From the NCBI RefSeq assembly GCF_017744555.1, contig NZ_JAGIBD010000019.1, forward strand, positions 2,404 to 66,403: a DNA stretch of 64,000 nt. The letters are read 5' to 3'. Each line of letters starts with the position of its first letter. The stretch's first letter is position 1. The translations under genes and the position numbers were made by a program. Below, piece by piece: positions 10,261 to 20,390 of the stretch. Origin of the DNA: Cellulomonas sp. Its GTDB lineage: Bacteria; Actinomycetota; Actinomycetes; Actinomycetales; Cellulomonadaceae. The notes beneath the pieces were generated by a model, which had not been told where the DNA came from, did no database searches, and saw only the letters and a list, made by a program, of their open reading frames with translations.

Positions 10261-11370
10261 TCAGCGCAGCGAGCGGTAGACCTCGGCGGTCCGGGCAGCG
10301 GTCGCGGCCCACGTGTGCCGTGCCGCCGCGTCCCGGCCGAGCGCGGCGAGCTCGTCGTGCCGCGGTCCGGCGGCCTCGACGAGCGCCTCCGCGAGGGCGT
10401 CGTCGTCGAGCGGGTCCACCAGCAGCGCCGCGTCGGCGGAGAACTCGGCCATCGACGTCCCGCGGCTCGTGACCACCGGGACGCCGTGCGCCATCGCCTC
10501 GAGCACGGGCAACCCGAACCCCTCCCACGTGGAGGGGAACGCGAACGCGCGCGCACCTGCGTACGCGGCGTGCAGCTGCTCCCACGTGAGCCGGCCGAGG
10601 ACCCGGAGCCGGTCGCCGAGCCGCGCGGCGGGCCCCTCGAGGTCGACCGACCCCCACCCGACCGGCCCGACAAGCACGAGGTCCAGGTCGGTGCGGGCCG
10701 CGACCTGCTCGAACGCGGTCAGCAGCGTCGGCAGGTTCTTGCGCGGTTCGACGGTGCCGCACCACAGCACGTACGGGCGGCCGGTGAGGCCGTGCTCGCG
10801 GTGCAGCGCCGCGACGTCCTGCGCGGTGGTCGTGGGTACCTCGGCCGCGAGGGGCACGACGCGCAGCCGCTCTCGCCCGATGCCCTGCGCGACACAGTCG
10901 TCGGCCGTGATCTGCGACGGCGTGATCACGACGTCCGCCTCGTCCCGGACGATCTCGAGCGCGCGGCGGAAGAACCGGTTGCCGCGCGCGGTGAAGTGCT
11001 CGGGTGCGCGCAGGAACGCCAAGTCGTGCACCGTCGCGACCAGCGGCGCGGTCCGCGGGGGGATCGCCCACGTGGTGGCGTGCACGACGTCGACGTCCCG
11101 CGGGACCGACCGCCGCGGCCGACGCGTGGTGCTCCACGCCTCGTACAGGAGCCGACGCGGCAGCGGGGACGTCCGGACCGGCACGCCGAGGGCTCCCGAC
11201 GGCGGCGGGCCGTCGTGCCGGGCGGCGATCCCGACGAGGTCGACCTCGCCTGCCGCCGCGAGGGCCGCCACGAGCTCGCGGACGTACGTGCCGGAGCCGC
11301 CAGGCACCGGCTGCCACAGCTGCTCGACGGTCAGCGCGGCCCGGACGGTCGGACGCTCGGTCGGAGGCAC
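10261..11370 (-). CDS. Glycosyltransferase family 4
   Basis: PGGSGTY, ATVHDLAF, GTVEPRKN, EGFGLPVLEAM; TAGGCT 6 nt before GTG. Confidence 0.9.
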   Translation of the reverse strand: MPPTERPTVRAALTVEQLWQPVPGGSGTYVRELVAALAAAGEVDLVGIAARHDGPPPSGALGVPVRTSPLPRRLLYEAWSTTRRPRRSVPRDVDVVHATTWAIPPRTAPLVATVHDLAFLRAPEHFTARGNRFFRRALEIVRDEADVVITPSQITADDCVAQGIGRERLRVVPLAAEVPTTTAQDVAALHREHGLTGRPYVLWCGTVEPRKNLPTLLTAFEQVAARTDLDLVLVGPVGWGSVDLEGPAARLGDRLRVLGRLTWEQLHAAYAGARAFAFPSTWEGFGLPVLEAMAHGVPVVTSRGTSMAEFSADAALLVDPLDDDALAEALVEAAGPRHDELAALGRDAAARHTWAATAARTAEVYRSLR

Positions 11371-11465
11371 CGGCCGAGCCTAGGGCGTCGAGGAGCGCGA
11401 CGACGACTTGGGTACTCTCACGGTGCCGTCGTACGCGTCGACGGCCGCGAGCGGAGTCGGAGCAC

Positions 11466-12590
11466 ATGAAGATCCTGATCGACGCCACGGCGATCCCCGA
11501 GGACCGGGGCGGCGTCGGGCGGTACGTCGACGCTCTCCTCCCGGCGCTCGTCGCCGAGGGTGCCGACCTGGTCGTCGCCTGCCAGGCGCGCGACACCGAG
11601 GTCGTGTCGGGCCTTGTGCCGTCGGCGGAGGTCGTCCCGGCCCCGACGCGGGCGGCGGGCCGCCCCGCCCGACTTCTCTGGGAGCAGACCGGTCTGGTCT
11701 CGCTCGTGCGGTCGACGGGCGCCCAGGTGCTGCACAGCCCGCACTACACGATGCCCCGGTTCTCGCCCGTGCCCGTCGTCGTGACGCTGCACGACGCCAC
11801 GTTCTTCAGCCACCCCGAGGTGCACTCACCGGTCAAGGCGCGCTTCTTCCGCAGCGCCACGCGGACGGCCGTGCGACGGGCGGCCGCGCTCGTCGTCCCG
11901 TCCCGGGCGACCCGCGACGAGGTCGTGCGCTACACCCATGCCTCGCCCGACGCGTTCCACGTCGCCTATCACGGCGTCGACCGCGCGCTCTTCCACCCGG
12001 TCGACGAGGCCGAGCAGGAGCGCGTCCGGCAGACCCTCGACCTGCACGGGCGGCCGTACGTCGCGTTCCTGGGGACGCTCGAGCCGCGCAAGAACGTGCC
12101 CGCGCTCGTCCGGGGCTGGGTGGACGCGGTCCGCGACCTGCCGGAGCCGCCTGCGCTCCTGCTCGCCGGCGCTCCGGGCTGGGACGAGGAGGTCGACCCG
12201 GAGATCGCCCGGGTGCCCGAGGGGCTGGTCGTGCGACGCACGGGCTACCTCCCGCTCGCGGATCTCGCCGGGTACCTGTCCGGTGCCCTCGTCGTCGCGT
12301 ACCCGACCCTGGGCGAAGGCTTCGGCCTGCCGGTCCTCGAGGCCATGTCGTGCGGCGCGGCGGTCCTCACGACGCGGGAGCTGTCGATGCCGGAGGTGGG
12401 CGGCGACGCGGTCGACTACTGCGGGACGGACGACGCGTCGATCTCCGTGGCTCTGCGCACGCTCCTGACCGAGCCGGAGCACCGTGCCCAGCTCGCGGCG
12501 GAGGCGACCGCGCGCGCAGGGGAGTTCACCTGGCGGAGCGCCGCCCGCACGCACCTGGCAGCGTACGAGGCGGCGCTCTCCGTGGCCTGA
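11466..12590 (+). CDS. Glycosyltransferase family 4
   Basis: MKILIDATAIP..RGGVGRY, TLHDATF, GTLEPRKN, EGFGLPVLEAM. Confidence 0.9.
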   Translation: MKILIDATAIPEDRGGVGRYVDALLPALVAEGADLVVACQARDTEVVSGLVPSAEVVPAPTRAAGRPARLLWEQTGLVSLVRSTGAQVLHSPHYTMPRFSPVPVVVTLHDATFFSHPEVHSPVKARFFRSATRTAVRRAAALVVPSRATRDEVVRYTHASPDAFHVAYHGVDRALFHPVDEAEQERVRQTLDLHGRPYVAFLGTLEPRKNVPALVRGWVDAVRDLPEPPALLLAGAPGWDEEVDPEIARVPEGLVVRRTGYLPLADLAGYLSGALVVAYPTLGEGFGLPVLEAMSCGAAVLTTRELSMPEVGGDAVDYCGTDDASISVALRTLLTEPEHRAQLAAEATARAGEFTWRSAARTHLAAYEAALSVA

Positions 12591-12599
12591 CGCCCGCGG

Positions 12600-13217
12600 T
12601 CAGGAGCCGAGCGTCGCCCGGTAGGCCTGCACGGCCTCGAAGGTCGGAAGCAGCCCGCTCGCGGCTGCGTCCGCGAGCAACGGTGCGACCGCGTCCTTGT
12701 CGGACAGCAGCGGCTCGAGGGGAGAGCCGTCGCGGGCGGTCGTCGGCCACTCGATGCCGATCTGGGGGTCGAGCGGGTGGACGCCGTGCTCGCGACCCGG
12801 CGTGTACGGCGTCGAGCAGAGGTACAGCACGGTCGAGCCGTCCTCGAGCGACATGAAGGCGTGCCCGAGCCCCTCGCTCAGGTAGATCGCGCGACGGTCC
12901 ACGTCGTCGAGGAGCACGGTGTCCCACTGCCCGAACGTCGGCGACCCCACCCGGACGTCCACGACGACGTCGAGGACCGCGCCCTTCGCGCACGTCACGT
13001 ACTTGGCCTGGCTCGGCGGGGTGTCCGCGAAGTGGATACCGCGCAGCACACCGGCGGCGGAGACCGAGCAGTTCGCCTGCGCGACCGAGAGCTCGTGGCC
13101 GACGTTCTCGGCGAACGGGGCTCCCTGGAAGTACTCGAGGAACACGCCCCGGGAGTCCGGGAACTGTCGCGGGGTGATCTCCCACGCGCCGGGCACTCGG
13201 AGCTCGCGGTACGGCAT
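12600..13217 (-). CDS. rmlC: dTDP-4-dehydrorhamnose 3,5-epimerase
   Basis: DSRGVFLE, QANCSVS, LRGIHF, QAKYV, DVRVGSPTFGQW, GLGHAF. Confidence 0.93.
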   Translation of the reverse strand: MPYRELRVPGAWEITPRQFPDSRGVFLEYFQGAPFAENVGHELSVAQANCSVSAAGVLRGIHFADTPPSQAKYVTCAKGAVLDVVVDVRVGSPTFGQWDTVLLDDVDRRAIYLSEGLGHAFMSLEDGSTVLYLCSTPYTPGREHGVHPLDPQIGIEWPTTARDGSPLEPLLSDKDAVAPLLADAAASGLLPTFEAVQAYRATLGS

Positions 13218-13331
13218 GTCGGTCCTTTCGACGGGGTGGGGGCCGCAGAGAAGCGTACCGAGGTCGACTAGCCTGGCGACGCACCGCGGACCGGGCCGGT
13301 CCGGTGCTGACACGAGTGTCGAGGAGACGGA

Positions 13332-14183
13332 GTGGGCGTGCGCTGGTTGGTCGTGGGTGCGAACGGGATGCTGGGCCAGGATCTGTGCTCGCTGCTCGCC
13401 GAGCGCGGGCAGGACGTGACGCGGCTCGACCGGGTGCACGTCGACATCACCGACGCCGGTGCGACGGACGGCATCGCCGCAGGTCACGACGTCGTGGTCA
13501 ACTGCGCGGCGTACACGGCGGTCGACGCCGCCGAGTCCGACGAGGCGACGGCGTTCGCCGTGAACGCCGTCGGCGCCGCCAACGTGGCGCGGGCGGCCCG
13601 TGAGGCGGGCGCACGCGTCGTGCACATCTCGACCGACTACGTGTTCGACGGCGGCGCGTCGACGCCGTACGTCGAGGACGCGCCGGTCGCGCCGCGGTCC
13701 GCTTACGGGCGCACCAAGTGCGCGGGTGAGTGGGCTGTCCGCAGCGCTGCGCCCGACCACCTCGTGGTCCGCACGGCGTGGCTGTACGGCGCCCACGGCC
13801 CGTGCTTCCCGAAGACGATCGTGCGCGTGCTGCGCGAGCGCGGCTCCATCGACGTCGTCGACGACCAGCTGGGCCAGCCGACGTGGACGGTGGACCTGGC
13901 CGACCTGGTCGTCCGGCTCGTCGACGCGCAGGCCCCCGCCGGGACGTACCACGGCACCGCTTCGGGCCAGACGTCGTGGCACGGCTTCGCCGCCGCCGCC
14001 GTCGCGTCGGCCGGGCTCGACGCGTCCGCGGTCGCGCCGACCACGAGCGAGGCCTTCGTCCGGCCCGCGCCACGCCCCGCCTACTCGGTGCTCGGGCACG
14101 ACGCCCTGCACGAGGCGGGCGTCGCGCCGATCGGGGACTGGTCCGCCCGCTGGGACGCGGCCGCAGCCGGCGTCCTGGCCTAG
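13332..14183 (+). CDS. rmlD: dTDP-4-dehydrorhamnose reductase
   Basis: GANGMLG, NCAAYTAVDAAE, HISTDYVFDG, YGRTK, DDQLGQPT, RPAYSVL; GAGGAG RBS. Confidence 0.93.
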   Translation: MGVRWLVVGANGMLGQDLCSLLAERGQDVTRLDRVHVDITDAGATDGIAAGHDVVVNCAAYTAVDAAESDEATAFAVNAVGAANVARAAREAGARVVHISTDYVFDGGASTPYVEDAPVAPRSAYGRTKCAGEWAVRSAAPDHLVVRTAWLYGAHGPCFPKTIVRVLRERGSIDVVDDQLGQPTWTVDLADLVVRLVDAQAPAGTYHGTASGQTSWHGFAAAAVASAGLDASAVAPTTSEAFVRPAPRPAYSVLGHDALHEAGVAPIGDWSARWDAAAAGVLA

Positions 14184-14204
14184 GCGGGGCCCCCCCGACC
14201 GGGC

Positions 14205-14228
14205 GGCGCCCCGACCGGTCGGGGCGCC
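14205..14228. terminator. Perfect 24-bp palindrome between convergent genes; probable bidirectional terminator
   Basis: ggcgccccgacc|ggtcggggcgcc between rmlD stop (14183) and convergent stop (14242). Confidence 0.55.
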
Positions 14229-14241
14229 CTGGCGGCCGCGG

Positions 14242-15510
14242 TCAGCCGACCGTGAACGTCCGGCACGCGAAGGCGGGGTTCGGTCCGCCGCTCGCGTCGA
14301 TGCCGTACGCGCACAGCGTGTGCTGGCCGGCCGTCGTGGAGAGTGCGGCCGAGTACCCGTGCAGGTCGCCCTTGCCGTAGACGGCACCCACGTCAGGCCG
14401 TGACGTGTCGGCCGTCGTCGCGCCGGCCCAGCCGCCGTCGACGTAGAAGTGCACGCCGATGGGCGCGGTGGTGTCGGGGTCGAACGCCCACCCCGTCACG
14501 GTGGCGGTGGTCCCGGAGACCGTGATCGCGTCGACGACGCCGATCGGTGCCGCGTTCACCGGCGCCGGGGCAGCACCGGTGAACGAGCGGCAGTCGAGCT
14601 CCTGCTCGGCGCCCGTCGTGGAGTCGAGGCCACGGACGCACACGCGGTGCGCGCCCTGCGAGGCCGCGAACGCGACGTTGTACCCGTGCAGGTCGCCGTT
14701 GCCGTACGCGGCCGCGACGTCCTTGCGGGAGATGTTCGCGGTCCCGCTGGCGGCGAGCGCGCCGTCCAGGTACACCCGGACGCCGATCGGAGCGACGGTG
14801 TTCGGGTCGAACGACCAGCCGGACACCGTCGCCGTGGAGCCGTTCACCGTGACCGCGTCGATGACGCCGACCGGCGGCTTCTGCACGACGGTCGCGGTCG
14901 TGAACGTCCGGCATGCGATTGCGGGGTTGGGGCCGCCGCTGCTGTCGATCCCGTAGGCGCACACCGAGTGCGTCCCGGGGGCCACGGTGAGCGTCAGGGA
15001 GTACCCGTGGTTGTCGCCGTTGCGGTACACCGCGCCGACGTCGGGGCGGGAGGCGGCGGCGTCGACCGCGCCGGCCCAGCCGCCGTCGACGTAGAAGTGG
15101 ACGCCGATGGGAGCGGTCGTGTCGGGGTCGAACGCCCAGCCGCTCATCGTCACCTCCGAGCCGTTGACGCTGAGCGAGTCCATGACGCCGAGCGGCGGCT
15201 TGTTGACGACGGTCGCGGTGCGGCAGCCCAGGTCGGTGTTCATCCCGCCCGTCGCGTCGACGGCGGTCGCGCAGACGCGGTGCGTGCCCGCGGGCGACGG
15301 CACGGTGATCTGGTAGCCGTGCAGGTCGCCCTTCCCGTAGGCGGCCCCGACGTCGGCGCGGGGGTTCGCGGCGTTCGCGGCGCCCGCCCACCCGCCGTCG
15401 ACGAACACGTGCACGGAGACGGACGCCGTGGTGTCAGGGTCGAGCGCCCAGCCGGACACCGTGACGGTCGTCGGACCGCCCGTCGCGGCGTCGAGCGCGC
15501 CGATCGGGGA
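14242..15510 (-). repeat. Four tandem ~100-aa beta-rich repeat domains (GWAxDPDT / RPDV / HGY / two Cys)
   Basis: Visible in translation; recurring DNA word gtcggggtcgaacgccca at ~14473 and ~15121. Confidence 0.85.
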
Positions 15511-16341
15511 GCGCTGAGTCGTCGGGCCGAACCACTCGGTGAAGTACAGCCAGAAGTTCCGGTTGCCGTACGACGAGCAGGAGTCGCCGGTCCCGTAGCC
15601 GGCCGCGAGGGCTGCGGCGTTCGGCTGGTACGGCGTGTAGTTGTACAGGCCCGCGGTCGCCTGGCTCTGGATGACGACGGGTGCCGTGCCGCACGCGGCG
15701 TTCGGGTGGTACGCGACGTTGTTCAGGACACCCACGCGGTGGCTGTAGCGCGTCGGGTTCAACGCGTAGTTCCGGAACTGCGACGCCGCCGAGTACACCT
15801 GGTTGAAGAACCCGTAGTACTGCGAGTCGCACACCGACGTGTCGGGGCAGCCGTAGCCCATCGCGCTGCGGTAGCGGTTCGCGTAGAGACCCGTGCCGGA
15901 GCCACGGACCAGGCCCTGCTCCTTCTGCAGGGTCACGAGGATGACCTGCGGGTTGATCCCGCAGGCCCGCGCGACCTTCGCGACGATCGACGCGGCGTTC
16001 TCGTTCGTCGCCCCCGCGTAGCCGCCGGGGCAGCGGTCCGTCGCCGCGCGCGTCGTGGTGTCCTGGCGGTAGTCCTTCAGGCACGGGGTGCCGTCGGATC
16101 CGGGCTTGCAGGACGCGCCCTGCTGGTCGAGGAAGACCTGGATGTCGGACGCGTTCATCGTCGTGGGGTCGAAGAAGATCGAGTCGCTGATGATCAGGCC
16201 CGGGTCGAAGCCCGTCGGGGTCGCGGCCACGGCCGCCTGCGGGGCGGGTGAGGCGACGACGAAGCCGATGCCGAGGGCGGTCACCAGGACCGCGCCGAGC
16301 AGGCGTCGGACGCGACGGCCAGGGGTGTGGGTCATGCTCAC
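14242..16341 (-). CDS. Secreted cell-wall protein: Cys-rich putative lysozyme-like catalytic domain + 4 C-terminal ~100-aa repeats
   Basis: Signal peptide RRVRRLLGAVLVTALGIGFVVA; INPQVILVTLQKEQGLV, AMGYGCPD, LYNYTPY, SYGNRNFW; four GW.DP...RPDV...HGY...C...C repeats; GTGA overlap with upstream lipoprotein. Confidence 0.75.
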   Translation of the reverse strand: MSMTHTPGRRVRRLLGAVLVTALGIGFVVASPAPQAAVAATPTGFDPGLIISDSIFFDPTTMNASDIQVFLDQQGASCKPGSDGTPCLKDYRQDTTTRAATDRCPGGYAGATNENAASIVAKVARACGINPQVILVTLQKEQGLVRGSGTGLYANRYRSAMGYGCPDTSVCDSQYYGFFNQVYSAASQFRNYALNPTRYSHRVGVLNNVAYHPNAACGTAPVVIQSQATAGLYNYTPYQPNAAALAAGYGTGDSCSSYGNRNFWLYFTEWFGPTTQRSPIGALDAATGGPTTVTVSGWALDPDTTASVSVHVFVDGGWAGAANAANPRADVGAAYGKGDLHGYQITVPSPAGTHRVCATAVDATGGMNTDLGCRTATVVNKPPLGVMDSLSVNGSEVTMSGWAFDPDTTAPIGVHFYVDGGWAGAVDAAASRPDVGAVYRNGDNHGYSLTLTVAPGTHSVCAYGIDSSGGPNPAIACRTFTTATVVQKPPVGVIDAVTVNGSTATVSGWSFDPNTVAPIGVRVYLDGALAASGTANISRKDVAAAYGNGDLHGYNVAFAASQGAHRVCVRGLDSTTGAEQELDCRSFTGAAPAPVNAAPIGVVDAITVSGTTATVTGWAFDPDTTAPIGVHFYVDGGWAGATTADTSRPDVGAVYGKGDLHGYSAALSTTAGQHTLCAYGIDASGGPNPAFACRTFTVG

Positions 16342-16895
16342 GGCACCTCGATGATCAGGGGGGTGGACGTGGCCAGCGAGGTCGACGACGCGTAGTCGAC
16401 CGACGCCTGCCAGCTCCCGGGACCGAGCGACGCGCGGGGGACGCTCAGCAGGTCGCACGACGTCGAGCTCGCGTCCGGGTACGCGGTCGAGCGGGCGGTG
16501 ACGGTGCTCGCGCCCTGAGTGAGGGTGAGGGTGCACGTGCCGTCACCCTCGACGAGCGGGACGTACCCGCTGACCTCGACGGCACCGGACGCGGAGTTCC
16601 ACGCCCCGAAAGTCACCACGAGCGTCGTGCGCTTGCGTGGGTCGGCGGGTGGCGCGCTCGTCGCGCCGGGCGCCGGCTGTGCCCCCGGGGGTGCGGACTG
16701 CTGCGGCGTCGACGGCGCGGTCGCGTCCGGGCTCGGAGGCGTCGTCGTCAGCGTCGGCGACGCCGTGGGCGTGGCCGTGCGGGGCGAGGTCGTCGCGCCG
16801 GGGGCGCCGCCGGGCTGGGGCGTGCACGCGCCGAGCAGCACCAGGGCGGGCAGCAGCCACGCGGCGCGCGGCACTGGACGAGCAGGGCGGGACAT
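16338..16895 (-). CDS. Putative lipoprotein with Pro/Thr linker and small two-Cys beta domain
   Basis: MSRPARPVPRAAWLLPALVLLGAC lipobox; PT-rich linker; GTCTLTLTQG...STSCDLL. Confidence 0.72.
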   Translation of the reverse strand: MSRPARPVPRAAWLLPALVLLGACTPQPGGAPGATTSPRTATPTASPTLTTTPPSPDATAPSTPQQSAPPGAQPAPGATSAPPADPRKRTTLVVTFGAWNSASGAVEVSGYVPLVEGDGTCTLTLTQGASTVTARSTAYPDASSTSCDLLSVPRASLGPGSWQASVDYASSTSLATSTPLIIEVP

Positions 16896-17077
16896 GTCGC
16901 CTCGACGGTTGTGGGGAGCGATGACCCACCACGGTAGCCATCCGCGGCCGTCGACCCGCAGTTCCGGGGCGTGTCTCACCCACGAGTAGCGCGAGGGCGT
17001 CGGATTCGTGCCGAGATGCACGGTTCGCCGGTGCCGGTGTCCGGCTCGGGGAGGGCAGTGCCTTAACCTGGTGCGTC

Positions 17078-19132
17078 GTGACCACAACGTCCGCGCCGGT
17101 CGTCGGCGACACCGAGCCCGCGCCCGAGCAGGGTGTGAGCACGGTCGAGCGCGCGTCCGGCGGGTCGCGGTTCCCGTTCTGGGGGCGAGCCCTCGTCGGC
17201 GGTGTGGCCGGTGTCGTGCTGGTGCTGGCCGCGCTGACGGTCGCGTCGGTCCCCGGGGAGGTCCTCCTCGCGCTCCTCGCGGTGGCGACGCTCCTCGTCC
17301 CCACCTCGCGCGAGCTCTCGCGCCGGATCCTTGTCGCCGGTCCCGTCCTGCTCGGCGGGCTCCCGATGCTGTGGTGGTGGAAGCTCCCGCTCGCGGACGT
17401 CGGCGGTCACGCGGGCCTCCTGCTCGCGCTGCTCGTCGGTGGTGTCGGGGCGTGGCTCCTGGCCGGGCCGCGGCCCCTGCGCCGCGCGCGGCTGCTCCTG
17501 CCTCGCGTCCGCTGGGTCGACGGCGTCCTGGCGGTGGCCGTGCTCGTCGCGGCCTGGGTCTACCTCCCGTCGTTGCGTCCCTCGAGCCCGGAGGTCGCGC
17601 TGTCGCGCCTGCTGCGCGGGTGGGACAACTCGGCGCACTTCGACATGGCGTCGATGCTCTACCACCACGGCGTGGTGATCAGCCACATCGAGCCGGGGCC
17701 GCTGGGGCAGTGGTCGTACGCGCAGTACCCGCAGGGCTTCCACACCGTGACGGCGACCGTGATGGAGGCCCTGCTCGGGCCTGGCGCCGACGCGGACCCC
17801 GGCGTCGTCCTCGCGACCTACGCGCGCTCGATGACGCTCGTCGTGCTCCTCGCGGTGGCCATGGTGCTCGCGGGCATCTGTTCGCTGCCGGCGCTGCGTC
17901 GCCGCCCGTTCGTCGCGTTCCCGGCCCTGATGTTCGTGGTCGCGACGTTCACCCTGGGGCCTGGCGGGATGCTCCTGCACGACGGGTTCCCCAACTTCAT
18001 CGTCGCGGTGGCGTTCGTGTCCGCGATCCCGCTGCTGGTGGTCCAGATGACCCGGCCGCTCTCGCCCGTCTTCCTCGCCGCGCTCGGCGGCGCTGCGGTC
18101 GGCATCGCGCACAACTGGTCGCTGCTGCTGTCCATGGGCGCGCTTGGTGTCGTGGCGGTCTTCTTCCCGCGGACCCGGCTGCGGTGGACCACGGACCGTC
18201 GCGCGTGGGTGGCGCCGGCCGTGATCACGCTCATCACGCTCGTCGGCCTGGCGCAGGCATGGACGATGCTGCGGCACCAGCCCGGCCTCGGCAACCTGCT
18301 CGGGATCGGCGGCGGCGTGACGCCTGTCCCGCTCGGCCAGCTCGTGCTCACCAGCGTCGGCGCGGTGGCGGCGTGCGTCTTCCTCCTGGTCCAGAACCGT
18401 CGGCCGCACGGGCCGTGGAGCGGCGACGCCGTGCGCACCGCGTGGACCGGACTCGTCCCGCTCGCGGGCATCGGGTTCGCCGCCGCACTGGCGTTCACCC
18501 AGATCCGGGCCCAGGGCGACGTCGCCTACTACTTCTGGAAGTACTCGATCGCGGTCGAGCTCGTGTCGTCGGTGGTCCTCGTCGTCGCGCTCGTCATGGC
18601 CCTGCGGCCGGTGGGTGTGCGCCGGACGGTGGGGGTCCGTGCCGTGGGTGCGTGCGCGCTCGTCGTCACCGGGGTGGCAGCCCTCCTCGTGTACGGCCTG
18701 CCGAAGGTGCTGCCCACGTCGCTCGGCGGAGGCGTCGCGCCGGGCGGCGTCGCGCGGGCCGACTTCGTCGCCCTCGGGCACGCCGCCGTCCCGGCGCAGG
18801 ACGCGATCGACCTCGTCGCGGCCGCCCGAGCACCCCGCCCCGAGTCCGACGGGCCGCGCACGTTCCTGCCGTACCCGTGGGGTCAGCAGGTGCCCCCGAT
18901 GATGTCGGCGCAGTGGTTCGACGCATTGACCGGGCGGTGGATCGACCAGACGCAGCGGCTCCTGCCGAACGAGAACCCGACAGGGTCGAGCCCGCAGGAC
19001 GCGATCGACGCGGCGCGCAAGGTCCTGCGCGCCGAGCCCGACGTCATCGTGGTCGTCGGCCCGCAGTACGTGGACGCCGTCAAGGACGCGGTGGCCGACG
19101 AGGGCTGGAGCGACAGGGTCCAGTCCTGGTGA
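17078..19132 (+). CDS. Polytopic membrane protein, probable GT-C fold glycosyltransferase
   Basis: More than 12 hydrophobic segments; loop GWDNSAHF and YPQGFH motifs typical of GT-C-like proteins; located in glycan locus. Confidence 0.62.
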   Translation: MTTTSAPVVGDTEPAPEQGVSTVERASGGSRFPFWGRALVGGVAGVVLVLAALTVASVPGEVLLALLAVATLLVPTSRELSRRILVAGPVLLGGLPMLWWWKLPLADVGGHAGLLLALLVGGVGAWLLAGPRPLRRARLLLPRVRWVDGVLAVAVLVAAWVYLPSLRPSSPEVALSRLLRGWDNSAHFDMASMLYHHGVVISHIEPGPLGQWSYAQYPQGFHTVTATVMEALLGPGADADPGVVLATYARSMTLVVLLAVAMVLAGICSLPALRRRPFVAFPALMFVVATFTLGPGGMLLHDGFPNFIVAVAFVSAIPLLVVQMTRPLSPVFLAALGGAAVGIAHNWSLLLSMGALGVVAVFFPRTRLRWTTDRRAWVAPAVITLITLVGLAQAWTMLRHQPGLGNLLGIGGGVTPVPLGQLVLTSVGAVAACVFLLVQNRRPHGPWSGDAVRTAWTGLVPLAGIGFAAALAFTQIRAQGDVAYYFWKYSIAVELVSSVVLVVALVMALRPVGVRRTVGVRAVGACALVVTGVAALLVYGLPKVLPTSLGGGVAPGGVARADFVALGHAAVPAQDAIDLVAAARAPRPESDGPRTFLPYPWGQQVPPMMSAQWFDALTGRWIDQTQRLLPNENPTGSSPQDAIDAARKVLRAEPDVIVVVGPQYVDAVKDAVADEGWSDRVQSW

Positions 19133-19151
19133 GGCCGTCCCGCTGACGGCG

Positions 19152-20390
19152 TCAGCCGACAGTCACCATCCGGCAGCCGATCTCCGGGTTGTAGCCGCCC
19201 GCGCTGTCGATCGCGTAGGCGCACACCCGGTGCGACCCCGCAGCGACCGGAAGCGTGACGCCGTAGCCGTGGTCGCCGGCGATGCGGTACACGGCTGAGA
19301 CGTCTGGGCGGGGCGTGGCCGCGGTCGTCGCGGTCCGCCAGCCGCCGTCGACGAACACGTGCACGGAGATCGACGCGCTGGTGTCGGGGTCGAACGCCCA
19401 GCCACGGACGGTCACCTGCCCGCCGGACGCCACGACCGAGTCGACGACGCCGATCGGGGGCGCGTTGGTCACCGTGAGGAGGCGGCAACCGATCTCCGGG
19501 TTGTAGCCACCGGAGGTGTCGATCGCATAGAGGCACACGCGGTGCGTGCCCGTGGCGATCGGGAAGCTGACGGCATAGCCGTGGTCGCCCGAGATCCGGT
19601 AGGCGGCCGCGACGTCGGGGCGGGGCGTGGCGGCCGTCGTGGCGGTGGCCCAGGCGCCGTCGACGTACACGTGGACGCCGACGGAGGCGGACGTGTCGGG
19701 GTCGAACGCCCAGCCCGTGACCGTCGCGACGCCGTTGCCCGCGGCCGCGGAGTCGACGACGCCGACCGGCGGGCTGCCCACCTGGACCGTGCGGCAGCCG
19801 AGCTGCTGGTTGACGCCGACGGGCTGGTTGATCGCATAGACACACACGTTGTGCACGCCGGGGGAGGCGGGGAGGGTTGCGTCGAAGCCGTGGCGGGGCC
19901 CCTTGTGGAACACGGCGTCGACATCAGGCCGGTATCCGTCCGCGGTGATCGCCGTCAGGCTGTCACGCAGGTAGACGTGCAGCACCACGGGCGCGGTCGT
20001 GTCCGGGTCGAGCGCCCACCCAGCCACGCGGATGGAGGTGCTCGTGCTCGAGACCGCGTCGAGCGACCCGAACGGCGCTGCGTTCGTCACCGTCTTCCAG
20101 TCGCAGCCGAACATCACGTCGTTCCCGGCGCCGACGTTGCGCGCGGTGAGGCAGACCTCGTGCGAGCCCCCCGGAGCGGGTATCCGGAAGCTAAAGCCGT
20201 GCAGGGTGCCGTTGCCCGGGAACGGGCCGGCGAGGTCCGGGCGCGAGCCGCCCGCGACGAACCGGGTGTCCACCCCGTCGACCGTGACCGTGACCTCGAG
20301 CGACTCCGTGCTCTCGGGGTCGAGGACCCAGCCGCCCCCGTAGATGGCGGACGAGTCGGCGCCGAACGAGTCCAGGCTCCAGATCGGCGA
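19152..20390 (-). repeat. Four tandem ~100-aa repeat domains, same family as 14242-15510
   Basis: GWAFDPDT...RPDV...HGY...HRVC...GCR repeated four times; both proteins end in TVG-stop. Confidence 0.85.

Noticed and set aside
7529-11596. 1355-aa minus-strand ORF
   Set aside because: Antisense/off-frame shadow of real GT genes; Arg/Pro-rich with no motifs; expected in very high-GC DNA
14242-20390. Recurring DNA words (gtcggggtcgaacgccca) as a CRISPR or REP array
   Set aside because: About 300-bp spacing, in frame within coding repeats; no cas genes
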